A stretch of 64,000 nucleotides of DNA from Yuukianura sp. NJ FZ-2021. Lineage: Eukaryota. The stretch is from the NCBI GenBank assembly GCA_046563655.1, contig CM102285.1, positions 3,968,001-4,032,000 on the forward strand, in the 5' to 3' direction. This document shows, in pieces, positions 11,089 through 24,704 of the stretch (the first letter of the stretch is position 1; every line of letters starts with the position of its first letter). Under the pieces are notes generated by a model. It was not told the DNA's origin, searched no databases, and saw only the letters and a list, made by a program, of their open reading frames with translations. Both the position numbers and the translations under genes were made by a program.

Positions 11089-14008
11089 GACAAAATCGCT
11101 TAACTTTTTTTTTTGCTGTTTCTGAACCGAATTTATAGCAAAATTCATCTGTGTGGTTGTACAAGGTCGCAAGTTCCTTTCAATTCCAGGAAATGACACA
11201 AAATGACACATTTATTACAATATTTAGAATTCGACGTCAAATGAGTGGTTTAATTTCTTTAAGCTTCAATTGGTTTTCAGAATGTTACTGCCAGTTAAAA
11301 AAGTACAGTTTGTTTTTTTAAGTAAAATATTCGTTTTACGACCAACTGGTTTTTGTCAAATGTATGAAATATGCATTGTCAAAGGAAATAATAGTGGAGG
11401 TTTTTACAACAATTTGCTTAACGTATTTCCAAATTGCAAAGACATATTTTCAATTTATTACCTTTGACATCTTTTTCTAAAGTCCGTAATTTTATTTGTC
11501 GCTTCGTGTTTTCCAGGTCACATTGAATCTTTTTCTCCACTTTTAGCAAAATGCTCTACGTAATTCAATACCGTTTTTTAAGGTTTGAGTGGCGTATTAC
11601 ATATATAAATTTTAGCGATACAGCAGTGAACTCCGCCTGCGTCCATATCTCGCTGGTGGGACTTCTGATGACGCTTCCGGATTGGAATCTCGCCATGACC
11701 CGATGGCGGAAGATGCAGACGATATTGGATCAGGGCCGGACGGTTCGGACAGAGATGGTTCTGGTCCTTTGCCCAAGTACTGGTATGTCTGTAGCAAAAC
11801 AGCGACATTAACATGCATTCTTGGTATCTCTACCGAACTAACACAAGGGGAAGGGTTTAGGAAATAACTAGGTTTATAGAATGCTATTCCTGCAAAACGA
11901 AAGCTGGGGGACAGTGAAAGTGACAGATCCAACTGGCGTGACATCAACTGTCACCCGGAAAGACAAAAATGTTTACGCCCTAATTACAAAAGCGGCGACT
12001 GTTTTCTTAGCATTGGTATCTAGCATACGCTGGCAAAACGTCACAAAATATCTCAATCTGGATCAGCAGTTAGGTTAATTCCGGCATTTCGCCTGCTTTT
12101 TGCTTGTGAAACACAAAAACATTGCCGTAAAATACATGCCATGGAACGGAAATAAAAATTTTTGCAGAAAACTAACGTAAAAATACAACGCATAAAACTT
12201 TTTTTTCTTGTAAACAACTTAATTTACCAGAAAGGCACCAATTGCGACTCCCAAAAGCAGAATCTGACACATCGAAAACTAGAAATTAAAATACAAATAT
12301 TACCTAGGAGAAAAACACCAAAAGATGAATGCAAATTTTCACTGGAATTTTTCGCAAATCTTAGTTACCAATGAATCCAAAAACGAAACAGCGTCCATGA
12401 TTCCACCTTAGGAAAATCAGAAACAGTAAAAATCCTTGCAAAATCAGAGATGATGTAAGTTACTCAACCTTCAGAAAAGACAGAAGCTCACCCAAACTGA
12501 AACTGAAGCGATGAATTTTTCTTTTGAAAAAATGTTTTTGCACATCAAAGAAACACTTACTATCGGCGGCGCAAAAGCCTCCCAACACAACACCCGTTTT
12601 GTGTTCTTAGAATGGACTTGGGACAACTGACAGGAAGTTGAAAAACAGCAAAAATCTATGTTCTAGAAAACAGACATTGTTTGTTGTAAGCTTGACTGAG
12701 TCAATTATGGCCTTTGTAGTTTGACCTAGAGGCTTGAAAGTTTTGAAGTTTAGTGGATTGCAGAACCTTTTAGTAGGTCAGCAGGGCACGAGCAAATAAA
12801 CTGACTTGAGAAAAATTTAGATGCGAAGACGGGTTTACGGTAAAATTTACTGATTTACTGATAATTTAGAATCGGATGTCGTTGTGGACAGAATAGAATT
12901 CGGAGTTACAGAAACAAAATTTTTCACAAGGCTTTGGCATTGAAATTGCTGCGTGAAAGTTGGTATGAAATGCGCAATAATGCTTAAACAAATCACATTT
13001 TCTCTCGATTCTTAAAACTGACGAAAAATGCCATATAGAGAGCGTAACTAAAATTGACTCTACTGCTGTATCTGCGTTAAACACAATATTCAGATATCAA
13101 ATCATACTACTTGTGTTTTTCAACAATTATGTATGTTAAAATTCGAATATTGTTTAATTTTTATTCGTAATTTTTATTTGTCTTACTTCTTCAAAGATGG
13201 ATCTTTGAAAACCAACATTTGATTTCTTTGACCTTCCGTTACTCACCTTGAAACACCAATGCACGTAAAACAAATAGGAACCATGCAACGTTTACATAGG
13301 ACGATATCAAAAACTATTATTTAATTTAAAACAATACCTAAAGTTACGTACGGTTTCAAAAATTTATTTCGCCAACTAATGTTTGATTTTAAGGGAGCCA
13401 AACCCACGCTGATGGGAGTGATGACTAAGAGCATAAGGGATACGGTTCGCCTTATATCGGAGCCGCATCAAACGCAAAAGAAAGATTTCATAATTTTATT
13501 TAAAAAATATGATATATAAAATTATAGTATGATATTTAATACATAGTAGGGATTATAAAGTGGCTTATAAATGAAGTGCTGACGAAGTAAAAGTTTACTG
13601 GATTTACTATTGAAATTCCTTGGTAAGAACATTTTTGCACTAAGATTTTATACTTGAACGTTTTGAGAAGCAACATCTTTAGGCTAGATTTAATCTAATG
13701 AAAAGCAACGCATGTGACTCCAATTCTCAAGAGAAGAAATTCCACTTTCTCCATGCGTATACTAATTTTCATTTTTCATTTCAACGGTACAGAAAAGAAA
13801 CATTGAAAACAAATACACATCTACTAAAACGTTTTCCTTAGCTTTATACAATGTTAACCCATACAACATAGCCATTCCACGAAAAACGTCTGACGCAGAA
13901 TTAATAATACCCTGCTTGATTAGCGAAAAGTGACTAAAAGTTTGACCGTTATTGTTAGTACCAAATACCCGGAAGTGTCGTAACAGAAGTTTTCTTGGTG
14001 GAGTTCGT

Positions 14009-17000
14009 TCAGCATTGCCTCGAAAACCACATTTTGACTGGCTTAATCGCGAGTTGGAATTCATTTCTGAATTTTGTGCCCATGAAGTAATAAAGCAGGA
14101 AGTTAACAGCAGAGTTCAAAATGATTGGTAAGCAGGCAAAGGTTTCTGTGACCACTGGTTCTACACCGGCAGAAACAAAGATCCAGTTGATGATGGCACT
14201 CACGCAGTTGCACACAAAGAAAACAAAAACAACCGTCAGAAGCATTCTGCTCAATGACTTGTCGCCAGCAGCTTCTTGTCCTGGAGCCGAAGTCCTTCTA
14301 CTTTTGGCCGCTGTAGTAACCTGAATTATGGTTACAATGAAATAACTGATTATAAGCGGCAATCACAAATTATTCTTAATTGAAGTACCTTGATGAGGAT
14401 TATGGTGTTGAGGGTGGTAATGGAAACAAATGGAAGAACGTAGATGAAGGTGTACCACACCAGCTTCTGGTAAAGTAGGCCGTACAGTGGAAATTTGTGA
14501 AGCTGTCGCGGGTAGTGTGAGCTCCAATACGGGGACGAAGCCTCGTAGCCCCATTTGACAAATTCAAACCATCTTGTTGCGTTTAGAAGTACCGCCCAGC
14601 CGAAAACTGTAATGGCATATTTAGTTGTCTTCCTTATTGTAAATATGGATGAAACGTGCAGGGGTTTTGAAATCGCCACAAACCTCTCCACTGTAATAAG
14701 GATGGTCATGTATACTGACGCCGTGTACACTGAAATTTAAAAAAAAAGTGTACAAGCAAGGTTCCTTGACAACGAAAACCGAATTTTTTTAACAGGTTGG
14801 ATACTAGCTCGCTTGTTGTCAAAAAAAAAACAAACAAGATTTGGTACCACTTTAGTGCCAATCCAAAAAATGCTACCAATTCGTAAGCAAAATTTGAAAA
14901 ATTCGGCTGTATTGTTATAACTACAATGCCCTGAAATGAACTGTTACTTTTCTTTAAAAAATCAAAAAAAAAAAAAATATGAGGCATTACCTGACCTGTT
15001 AAAGCACATGAAAGTCAACACACCTTGAAGTTCCAGCATGCGTCGATTTTAATAATTTGTTTGATATGACTTACTTGTTTTGTTCAATGGATAGGCAAGG
15101 TAGCCATTTAAGTTAGACCGGTTTATAGTAAACTCAAACAAATTTTGGAATTCCTCCATTGTAGAGAACGACGTCAACAGATATAGTGTATCGGATAGTG
15201 CAAGTCCCAGCAGTAGAACACTCGTTGAGCACCGCATAGATTTGCGCAGTAGAACCATTGTACTCAGAATGTTACCGAATATTCCAGCGCTACAAAGTGT
15301 ATAAACGTACCAAGTATAAACATTGTACGCCAAATTTTTCATTTTCTGTGAGAAATCCTCTGGAGAATATTCAAAATGTTGCAGAAGGACTCCAATTCGA
15401 CTCTCTTTGTACAGAAACTTCAATTCAGCCATTTTGCCAGTAGTGGATCCGTAAATGAAGTCTCTCGATGCATCCTGCCGAGACAACGCTACAAGCGTTT
15501 TAGGCTTTAGCGGTGGCATTAGGACGCCCATTCCGACCTCCAGCAGATGAGTAAGCTCTTTAATTTTTTGGGATGTCGTGTCTAACGGAATAGCAATTTG
15601 TATGCTTGTCAGACGCGGGAGGTCAATTATACTTTTCAAAGTTGATCGAGACAAAATATCTTCAATGTCCAGCCCAACAAGGGTTAGGTTTGGAAATGTG
15701 GTGCCAAATTCTTCAAGCAACATTGGCTCCAGCATGCATCTGTATAGAAGTAAAATGTTCAAGTCTAGAAATACAGTTGGCGTGTTACCAACAATAACAT
15801 GGACGTCCTCTAGCACCAGCGACTGTAACGGAAGTTGGGAAATCGAGTCCAATTCCACCGTAGGACATACCCCATCAAAATGTTGACATCCAAGAAATAG
15901 GCTTTCTAATTTTGGCATCTTTCTCACAATATCGCCAATAGTTGCGTTTATCAGTAGAGAGTTATCGATTTCCAAAGTAGTTAAATTTTCAGCATCAAAA
16001 AGCGTGGGATCAAGGTCGCCGTGCGTAACGCATAAAATGTTTAAGTTCGGAAAGCGTCGAACTGAAGGTGTCGTAGAAATCCAACGGAAACTGACTTGTT
16101 TGGTTTTGACCAGCATCAGTTCTTTGGCGGGAAGAAGAGCTATGTCAATAGCTTCGTCTTTAGCGACATAAAGAAGTAGCGTTTGAAGAACTGTGGATGT
16201 TTTTCTAAGTACGTCGGCCATGTTTCCATTAGTAAGCTCGTTATCAATTAGTGATAAATATACTGCTGACCTGAAGGCCAGAAACTGCAAATCGACCATG
16301 CAGTTTTGTATTTCAATTGTATGTATTCCAGGTAGCATTACACTCAGCAATCCCCAAATTGCTTGGTCTCGGATACTTATGGCAATGAGATGATCCCGGG
16401 TCAATTTCAAGTTGCCATTACGGCCAATTTCGCCACTAATTAAAACTGAATCCACTGTTTCGAGTATTGCCCAACCGGAATAATTTTGTTGCGGATTCTT
16501 ATGGAAAAAGACGACCGATTCTAGATGTTGTGCTCCACTCCAACAAGAGGAATCTGCATCCAATACGAATGTGTAATTTTCCAAATTTGGAAGATGAATT
16601 GAATCTTGTACATCATTTGGACTCCATTCCCAACTGATATTATTGAACTGTATGGTAGTTAAGGCGGTACAATTTTGGAAGTATTTCAAAAATGTTGCTC
16701 TGTGAATATCAACGTAGCTAAAACTGATTTCGAGTAATGTGCATTCCGCATCTCTTGTACTACTAATACTCATCAGTCGTTCTTCGCTGAAAACCTCCTT
16801 TTGCGTCGAATTACCGGAAAAGAAAAATTGGTAATCCTAAACAAAATTGTGATATACAAATAATTAGTATAATTATAATTATTATCATATAAGGTCATAT
16901 TTAAAATTGGAAAGTTTTAATTGTTCCTTTTTAACTTCCACTTGCTTACGTTCAGTTCTAAGTGTCCGTGCCCAATGGAGAGGCATACCCAAAGTGGGAA

Positions 17001-17018
17001 AATCCACAGCAATTCCAT
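14009..17018 (-). CDS. Rhodopsin-class GPCR of FMRFamide-receptor type with a signal peptide and a large LRR-like N-terminal domain (827 aa)
   Basis: Exons 17018-16950 (MELLWIFPLWVCLSIGHGHLELN), 16836-15075, 14729-14389 and 14320-14009 splice in frame with canonical sites (2484 nt). Motifs: TM1 GIFGNILSTMVL, TM2 LLGLALSDTLYL, TM3 TASVYMTILITVERFVAISKPL, TM5 YVLPFVSITTLN, TM6 RMLLTVVFVFFVCN, TM7 LNSAVNFLLYYFMGTKFR. Confidence 0.85.
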
Positions 17019-18528
17019 TCCGAAGCAACTTCAAAACCGCAAATTCGAATTTTTGGAACAATAGCTGTTTGGGAGCAGCGGTGAACAAACTGCGAGCGTT
17101 TTAAAATTTGACGTTAGTATTTAAAACATTTTCCTGGTTTTGCAGAGAACGCCAAGTGGTGCCGGAAAACCCCTAGCGACCAAACCCGGTTTGTGAAAAA
17201 TAAACAGTGTGACGTCACTGGGAGTTATACACAAAGGTTTCCCTAAGGTTTTAAGCTATTTTAAGTTAACGGCGAAAGTTTTGAGGTTAAAATTTTAACA
17301 AGGAAAGTTGAATTACCCCGAGTCAAAGTACAACTAAAGTCAACTTGCAAAGAAAGTTGAATTTCAACGAAAATTTAAATTTTGAATTCAACAAAATAAA
17401 CACAGAGACCACCTAGTAAAACCAAAACATTTTAGGTTTAACATCGCGGCTTCGGCTCGGGAAACTAATAAATTCAAGGAATGAAACAATATAGAACTGG
17501 TAACCACCTATTCTGTGTTTCATTCTGTGAATTAACTCACATTTTCCCGCGCCAAAAGAGCGGTTTTAGGTCACTGAACTTTACAATAATGACTAGAAGT
17601 TGTGCCAGTATCTCTTTCTTTGAATTACAACTTTCGTTGTAATTCCACTTTCGCGGTAATTCAACGTTCGTTGTAGTAGGTTTAGAGGAAATCCATTCGT
17701 GGAAATTTGCTTCGTTGTTATTCATTCGATGAAATGGCACGGAACCGGTTTTGCATGACCCCCTTTATGATAACAAAAAAATATGACGAAACCGCATATT
17801 CATATCCTGCACTAATGAGATTAAATATGTTAAATCTTATCAGATTTTGAATTCTTTTTAGAATCAAGATCTGATCTGGCAAAAAATCATAATGTAATTA
17901 TATAGTAGCTAACTGAAGCGTAGATGAACCCCGGTATTGTTAACGAGACTTTGTCTTCAATTTCCTTTTCAATTCCATTTCCAATTTCCTTTTGGAATAC
18001 CGCAGATATAACTGTGTTATTCGTGCTCCCGTCACATCTAACGTCTTACTCTTCCATCTTAACTCTTATAATCGCCGACGCTTTAGTTGTCGTATTTGTA
18101 CATCTAGGCTTTTAACAAAAGTTACCAAATTATATAAACCCGATCTAAAGCAAGAACTTGTTGAAAAATTTTAACACGACGTCATAGAAAATCGTTTCAA
18201 TTCTTTTAATTTTTAATTTTTTTTAAATTCCAATTTTTTGGGAATTTTTGAAATCCAAATTTTATACCGAATTCTATATTTATGTTATTATATAAATTAT
18301 TATATTTACAAAGGTTTATTTAGTTACAAAGTAGCTAAATAAAAGATTGGAATAGTTACGTATCATTTTATAAACTTCGAAAAGTGAGACTACGCCTCTT
18401 CCATAAAGTTTACTTGTTCTGCCCAATTTTTTCAAAAATTCAAAACTTTGGACTTTTAAGGTCATTTAAATAAGATGTAATTAACTTTAAATAAATTGTT
18501 TACTTAAAACTAATTCAAAATGCTTCAG

Positions 18529-18850
18529 ACAATTTCTCAATGGATGGAAGCGAATCCCACTTCAATCCAAACTGGCAGCACAGAATTGAACCAAATCATA
18601 GTAATTCTACTGCGGACACGCATGTTCGTCAGTGGATTTCTCTGGTTCGTCCTGGACAACACTATTCCAGGTTTCCTGTCCAGTAATTTTCGAATTTTGG
18701 AAAATTTCAAAATTTTGAAACCTTTTGAACACTTTTTGAAAATCAGGAACTGGCATTGAGCGTGGTCTAATCAAGTGGAATTCCCAATTTGGCGCGAAAG
18801 ACAAACCGGACGCTGATTCGAATGGAACTACCGGGAGAATCAAAGACCAA
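18529..18850 (+). pseudogene. Orphan two-exon fragment of an SLC23/NAT nucleobase-ascorbate transporter (C-terminal part)
   Basis: Exons 18529-18670 and 18747-18850 give TISQWMEANPTSIQTGSTELNQIIVILLRTRMFVSGFLWFVLDNTIPG-TGIERGLIKW. This matches the SLC23 last-TM motif (MFVGG..F.LDNT.PG..ERG). No upstream SLC23 exons were recognisable. Confidence 0.8.
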
Positions 18851-19129
18851 GTATGTTCTGACCATAGCAACTTTCGAATTATTAAAATTAATTTTCTTAT
18901 TGACAAGTCGGTGAAAGTCGATGAATTTTTTTCAACCTAAGACCGGAAATAAATTGAGAGGTTGATTATGTATATTTTGCCATCTCAGCTTTTCAAGAAG
19001 TGACTCCATTATATGCAGAAAGGAAAGCAGTCTAACATCGGAATTGCTTGAAGCAGCTTTGATAAAACCGTATTTCCCACAGAGTACTTCATTTTGAACT
19101 CAGATTGTCCAACTGCCATCCAAATAACT

Positions 19130-20370
19130 ATGTCTGCCTACACAGAACTCAGCCAGTATGTAAAATTGGGCTAATGTTTTAAGATTTCCCCATACAATCT
19201 GATACGTACGGAATCAAATCAGTGGGTAATGGAACTTGTTCCACACAAGAAACTTAAAAAAGTAAAACTAATATGTCCATTACTTCGCCTAACTATGTAC
19301 ATCGTGGCTCAAGCGTTTCCGTTACAAGCCATAGCAGAACTTAGCCAGCCATTAAACTTTGCCGTTGAACTTGGACTTGGCGCATGCGTAAGCTTTCATA
19401 TCTACTCGGAACTACTTTGGAATACAGATTACAACGCAGCCATTACGTTTTTCAACTGTTTCCTCAAACTTGAGTACAACATACGTAAGTTACATACAAC
19501 AATATATTTCAGATGAAAATAATTCTTTACAGTTGGATTTGACAACAGTAATTTCTTTGTTTAACAGGTCAAACGTTTGGTGTTGAAATTTGTCATGAGC
19601 AGATAGACAATGTTGTGTACTTCTACGTTCATCTTTTCAACCGAACGTTTTACGCGGTCTTTCTCAATGTTCCAACACTCGTTAGTTTAGCCGCCATTAC
19701 TGACGTGTTCTTTATGGGCTTAATTGTGCGCGTAATTTCAATTTTAAGTGGTAGCAATATTAGCGCAGTAGTTGTAGCAAGCGTTGTAGCATATCTTGGA
19801 TTCAATTTTGTTCAATTCTCGGGTGTATTTAGTATTCTCTGTATTCTTTTAATGCTTACATCCACATTGCAGTCGTTGAAAACGCTCGCCGCACTTGAAG
19901 AATCTTGCACAAGTGAGATACAGAGGAACGAATTTCGCCAGTTGTACAGAATCATGTAAGTATTTAATGCAATTTTCAATGACAAGCAGAAATGGTGGAT
20001 TCAAATTGCGTACTGCGTAAACATATTTGTCATCATTTCATTCACATTTGCGATGTTCAAAAGCAATTGGGAGGAGAACCCTGTCATACCACTCATATTC
20101 ACATTTGTGGTTATCTTGCTATTGGCCATTGGGTTTGTCCTTTGTCAACAGGCTGTAAATCTTAGAGAATATTCTGAGCGGTACTACACTTTAAAAAACG
20201 GTAGAAATTTACCACGTACTAAGTATGAGAGACGTTTTAGAAAATCCTGCCAACCCATTGTAGTAAGCGTTGGTGATTTTTTTACAATGGTAGAAAAGGA
20301 TTTCTGTGTAGAAACCTACGCAAATTTTGTTCTTAGCACTACTGTTAGTCTGTTGCTAACGTTTCGCTGA
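19130..20370 (+). pseudogene. Gustatory-receptor-like pseudogene, paralog of 21643-22882
   Basis: Collinear with the intact paralog and has the same single intron. In-frame TAA at 19172-19174 and 19957-19959, where the paralog has CAA. Confidence 0.85.
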
Positions 20371-20399
20371 GGAAGAATATCCTTGAACAAATTCTTGTT

Positions 20400-20945
20400 A
20401 TATTTCAAAAATTCCATCGGAAGCAGCACTGAGGGGAATTTTGTGCTCAGGACAACTGTAAGAAATGTAATTAGTCTCCTAATTTTTGTTTCCTATTCAA
20501 ATTTTTTATTGTTTTGCTTACAAGACTTTTTGTATCCAAAAATTTGTTGTCACGACGTAAAAGAATCCGAGAAAAATTGCAAAAAGATTGAAAATCATCA
20601 CTTTGTACGCAACAAGGAACGTTTCGATTGGGAAAAATACGAATTGAAGGGGTAAACTTTGGTAGCAATTTGGAACTAATGAGTACAAAAAGTACACATT
20701 TCTTGGCTGGAAAATATAAATTGCCAGAATTGATAGTGCAGCTCCATTGATCCAACGCCGAAGAAATAAAACAACGTTCTCACGCGTATTTGGCGGTAAA
20801 ATTTTAATTCCTAATCGAATTCTTCCTAAATTACGAAAAAATAGGACGTCAGAGAAAAACGAAGAATTTCCATTGACAGTTTCTAGTCTCCTCATTCACT
20901 TGGTTAGTTACTCTCTCATGTTAGAAGAGTTTAGCCTGCACATAT
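20400..20945 (-). pseudogene. Fragment of a divergent chemoreceptor-like multi-TM gene
   Basis: ORF 20518-20895 has two hydrophobic segments (INGAALSILAIYIFQP; FFPIETFLVAYKVMIFNLFAIFLGFFYVVTTNFW) and ends at a GTAAG donor. In-frame stops lie just upstream and no intact downstream exon was found. Confidence 0.45.
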
Positions 20946-21642
20946 TTTTCACAAAGTGAAATTGTCAAAAAAAAATTCTTAGTTGCAAAAAAATACACCC
21001 CAAAAGTAATTATTTTAAATCTCGTAAATGTTATTCGCAAATAAAAGTAATTTTTCTTCGTTGTTGAAAATGAAGTCACTCCTCTTTCGAGTCAGGTCGA
21101 AATTTTCACCATCAAGCTGACTACGCCCATTTATTGAACAAAAATTTTTTAAGCCCTTTTTCATGAACAAAGTAGCGTGATGATAATAAATATGTTAAAA
21201 TCCGTCCTCCATGCCTGTTGTATTATGTATTCACGTGTAAATAACAAATTTCTATTGAGATATAATGGAATTGCATAACTTTAAATGCCAATTTGAAGCT
21301 TTTAGAACAATGGGTCTAAACAATTAAATTCTTTTCAGCAGAAGACGCCAGGCGTCTTCACCTTTTTGAATTTTTTTGTCCACGAATTTGTTAAAACAGG
21401 CCCGTCCCGGTACGTACTGATGAGGTAAAGCCAATTTCCAAGTGAACATTGCCTCTTAAATTTTTGAGGAGCAGAATGCCATTGTACTACAAACTCAAAA
21501 AATTCAACTTATCCAACGCATTTACGCTTACACTTTGCACGAAGCCTAGTACCTTCATTATACGCAGAAAAAACAGTCTAAAATCGGAATTTATTGAAGC
21601 AGCTTTAAGAAAAACGTATTTTCAAACGCAGCCCAAATAAGA

Positions 21643-22882
21643 ATGTCGGCTTACACTGAACTCAGACAGTACTTGAAACTTGGCCAATATTTTTACATTT
21701 GCCCCTACAATTTGGTCCGTATGGAATCAAATCTGTGGGTAATGGAACTTGTTCCACAAAAAATACTCAAGAAAGTCAAACTGACGTCTCTATTACTTCG
21801 AATTACTATGTTCATCGTAGTTCAAGCGTTTCCGTTTCAAGCCATAGCTGAACGTAATCAGCCATTAAACTTTGCCGCTGAAGTTGCACTTGGCCTCATC
21901 ACAGGGTTTGAAATCTACGCTGAACTACTTTGGAATACAAATTACAAAGCAGCCATTACGTTTGTCAACGGATTCCTAAAACTTGAACACGAAATACGTT
22001 AGTTATATACGAACGTATATTATTTCGGATTAAAATATTTCCTGTTGAATTTTACAAAACTAATTATGTTGTTTCACAGGCAATACTTTTGGTGATGAAA
22101 CTTGTCGTGAACAGATTGATAACGTTGCATACCTCTATGTCCACTTTTTCAAACTATCGTTTTACATGGTGTTTCTCTATTTACCAATATTCATTACTTT
22201 GGCAGCTTTTACTGACTTGTTCTTTATGGGGTTAATTGTGCGTGTACTTTCCATTTTATTTGGTAGCAATATTAGCGCAGCTGTTTTGGCAAGCGTTGTT
22301 GTAGCTATAACAGGAAATTTCTGTGTATTCTGGGCTTTCTTTAGTTTGCTCTGTATTCTCTTAATGGTTACATCCATTCAGCGGTGGCTGAAAACGCTAG
22401 CTACACTTCAAGAATCGTGTAGAAGTGGGATGCAAAAGAACACATTTCGTCAGTTGTACCGAACAATGCAAGTATTTAGTGCAATTTTCAATGACAAGCA
22501 GAAGTGGTGGATTCAAATCGCTTACTTTGTAGACATACTTGTTGTAATTTCATTTTCATTTGCAATTTTCAAAAGCAATTGGCAAGCAAACCCTGTGATA
22601 CCACTCATACTCACATTTGTGGATATCATACTATTTGCCATTGGGTTTGTGATTTGTCAACACACTGTAAATCTCCGAGTATATTCTGAGCGTTACTACA
22701 CTTTAAAAAACGGTAGGAATTTACCACGTACAAAGTATGAGCGTAGGTTTAGAAAATCTTGCCTACCAATTATGTTAAGCGTTGGCGATTTGTTTACAAT
22801 TTCAGAAACCGATTTCTGTCTCCAAACCTACGCAGATTTTGTTCTTAGCACTACTATTAGTCTGTTATTAACATTTCGCTAA
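21643..22882 (+). CDS. Gustatory-receptor-like multi-TM chemoreceptor, intact
   Basis: Exons 21643-21997 and 22080-22882 are in frame. N-terminal LGQYFYICPY, about seven hydrophobic segments, RQLYRTMQVFSAIFN and the tail KSCLPIMLSVGDLFTI...VLSTTISLLLTF. Confidence 0.7.
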
Positions 22883-24363
22883 CAAGTTAAGTAAGAACGT
22901 TCAAATTTATAAGTAACCACTAAAATAATTGAGTTTAATGTTAGGTTTAATGTTAGTTTTGAAATTTTTGAACCTTGTAACTTTTCTCGGAAAAATTGAT
23001 CTAGTTACTAACTGATACGAAGTCACTTCGTGTTTCTTCGTTGTCATTAATTTCAACGGACGTCCTCCTCGACCAATCACGTTAATGCTAAACAAGCAAC
23101 TTAAGCGAAAAGACGCTATCGCTTACTCAGGTAGTCGCACTATAGTTTTTTTTTTAGATCATTTTTTTGATTTATTCATGTAAATGTTTCGTGAGGTCAT
23201 TTCCGTTCCGCTTCTGAATTTTTGTCGTATCTCAACGAGTGAAATTCTATATGAAAGTTGACTAAAATCGTTCTACTTCTTACCATTTCATGTGCCATTT
23301 GTCCTTGTTTGAAGGTAAAATCTTTTAGAATTAAGATCAACCTGTTTCGACCAATTGTTTAGATTCTGTAAGAGTTCGACTAAATATAGCCAAAAACATT
23401 TTGTTCTGTAAAAATATTTTTTGACAGTTTGTGATTTGTCTCATAAAACGCCAGAGTTTGATGCGTGAAATTGTGTGGTCTGAAAGTTTTTTCTCCTCGA
23501 AAATTCATTTCGTGCCAACTCCTTTTGCAAAGTGTAAAATACTGGAAAATTTCAAAACGTCCATTATGACACGTTATGAACTTCCTACATCAACTGATGA
23601 TCAATATTTTTGTAGTTTTTTAGAACCTTTTTAGGCATATTTTGTTAAAAAGATTTTAAGGTTTTAAAAATGCGACTTTTTTGGAACCTTCTTTTCCGGC
23701 CTTTGCTCATCATAGTGTACTGGTGTGAGCAGGGGTTTCAGGATTAGTTCGTTATGGTAACTTTTTAACTTATGAATTATTCTTGAAGCATAAAATATGA
23801 ACTGTCGGCAAAATTTAGAATTCGAACCTGGTCGAAATTATAAACTTGTGATCCAACTTTCAGAAATATTAAAATTCAATAGACTGTTCGGTATCAGAGT
23901 TAGTTCAAGCAACAGTAAACACAAACCAAGTTGGTAAAATCAGCAGATTTTCTCGTCGCAAATTTGGGACTAAGCTATTTAGTTTGTTCAAAAAAAATAA
24001 ATTGGAATTCAAATTTTAAATTTTTGTAAGCATTGATAGTAATTATTCTCAGTACTATTACTAAAATACGTTTTGGAAATATTTTTGGTAAAAAGCTAGG
24101 CAGAGAAGCCTCGAGTTATAGGCGGTCAGTTTGAAATGTAAAAATAATTGAACGAACTTGAGTAGCATTGCTCCTAAAACTTTTAAAATGCAAACGTTTG
24201 TATTTATTTGTTTCTTTGCAATAAGAGAAAAGAGCAAATTTAGAGACGAGCCAATTTCAAAGTAGCAAAGTTGAAGAGAGCGCTATTACAAAATATGATG
24301 ATTTAGAACCATGGGGAGTGGGCCGATGACAAGTGGCAGTTGACCCGTGATTTGAGGTCAAGT

Positions 24364-24704
24364 TTAACCAACAACTCGGTATCCGTAGTTGTATCCAGAG
24401 TAGGCAGGGTAGGCAGCATATCCGTATGAGGCATATGGGTAGGCAGCATATCCGGCAGAGTACACGCTGGGATATCCGTATCCGTAGAGGAGTTGGTTGG
24501 CAGTGTTCAAGTCCTTTGGAGCCTCAGGTGCTGGTGGAGCAGCCATGACGGCGACGAGGGCGACGGCCAAAACGATCTGAAAAGAGCACAAAAGCAAATT
24601 AAAATGTGTTGAAAATTGAAAATAAATCTTTAAAACATTTTTTAAAACTTTTTTCAATTTTTGAGTAACCGTTTTAGTCATGGCCTTACCATGTACTTGA
24701 ACAT
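24364..24704 (-). CDS. Small secreted Tyr/Gly/Ala-rich protein (cuticle-protein-like), 75 aa
   Basis: Micro-exon MFKYM (24704-24690) plus exon 24576-24364, IVLAVALVAVMAAPPAPEAPKDLNTANQLLYGYGYPSVYSAGYAAYPYASYGYAAYPAY... Confidence 0.85.

Noticed and set aside
11517..12078. Possible exons of a small gene (GC-richer patch with splice-like sites; one frame reads RYWIRAGRFGQRWFWS, faintly C-type-lectin-like)
   Set aside because: No consistent open spliced model could be built and the suggestive frame has stops. It may be a decayed gene but cannot be supported.
16885..17088. 67-aa ORF as the first exon of the LRR-GPCR or as an F-box
   Set aside because: Its frame is incompatible with the phase-0 acceptor at 16836. 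The frame starting at ATG 17018 fits and encodes a signal peptide.
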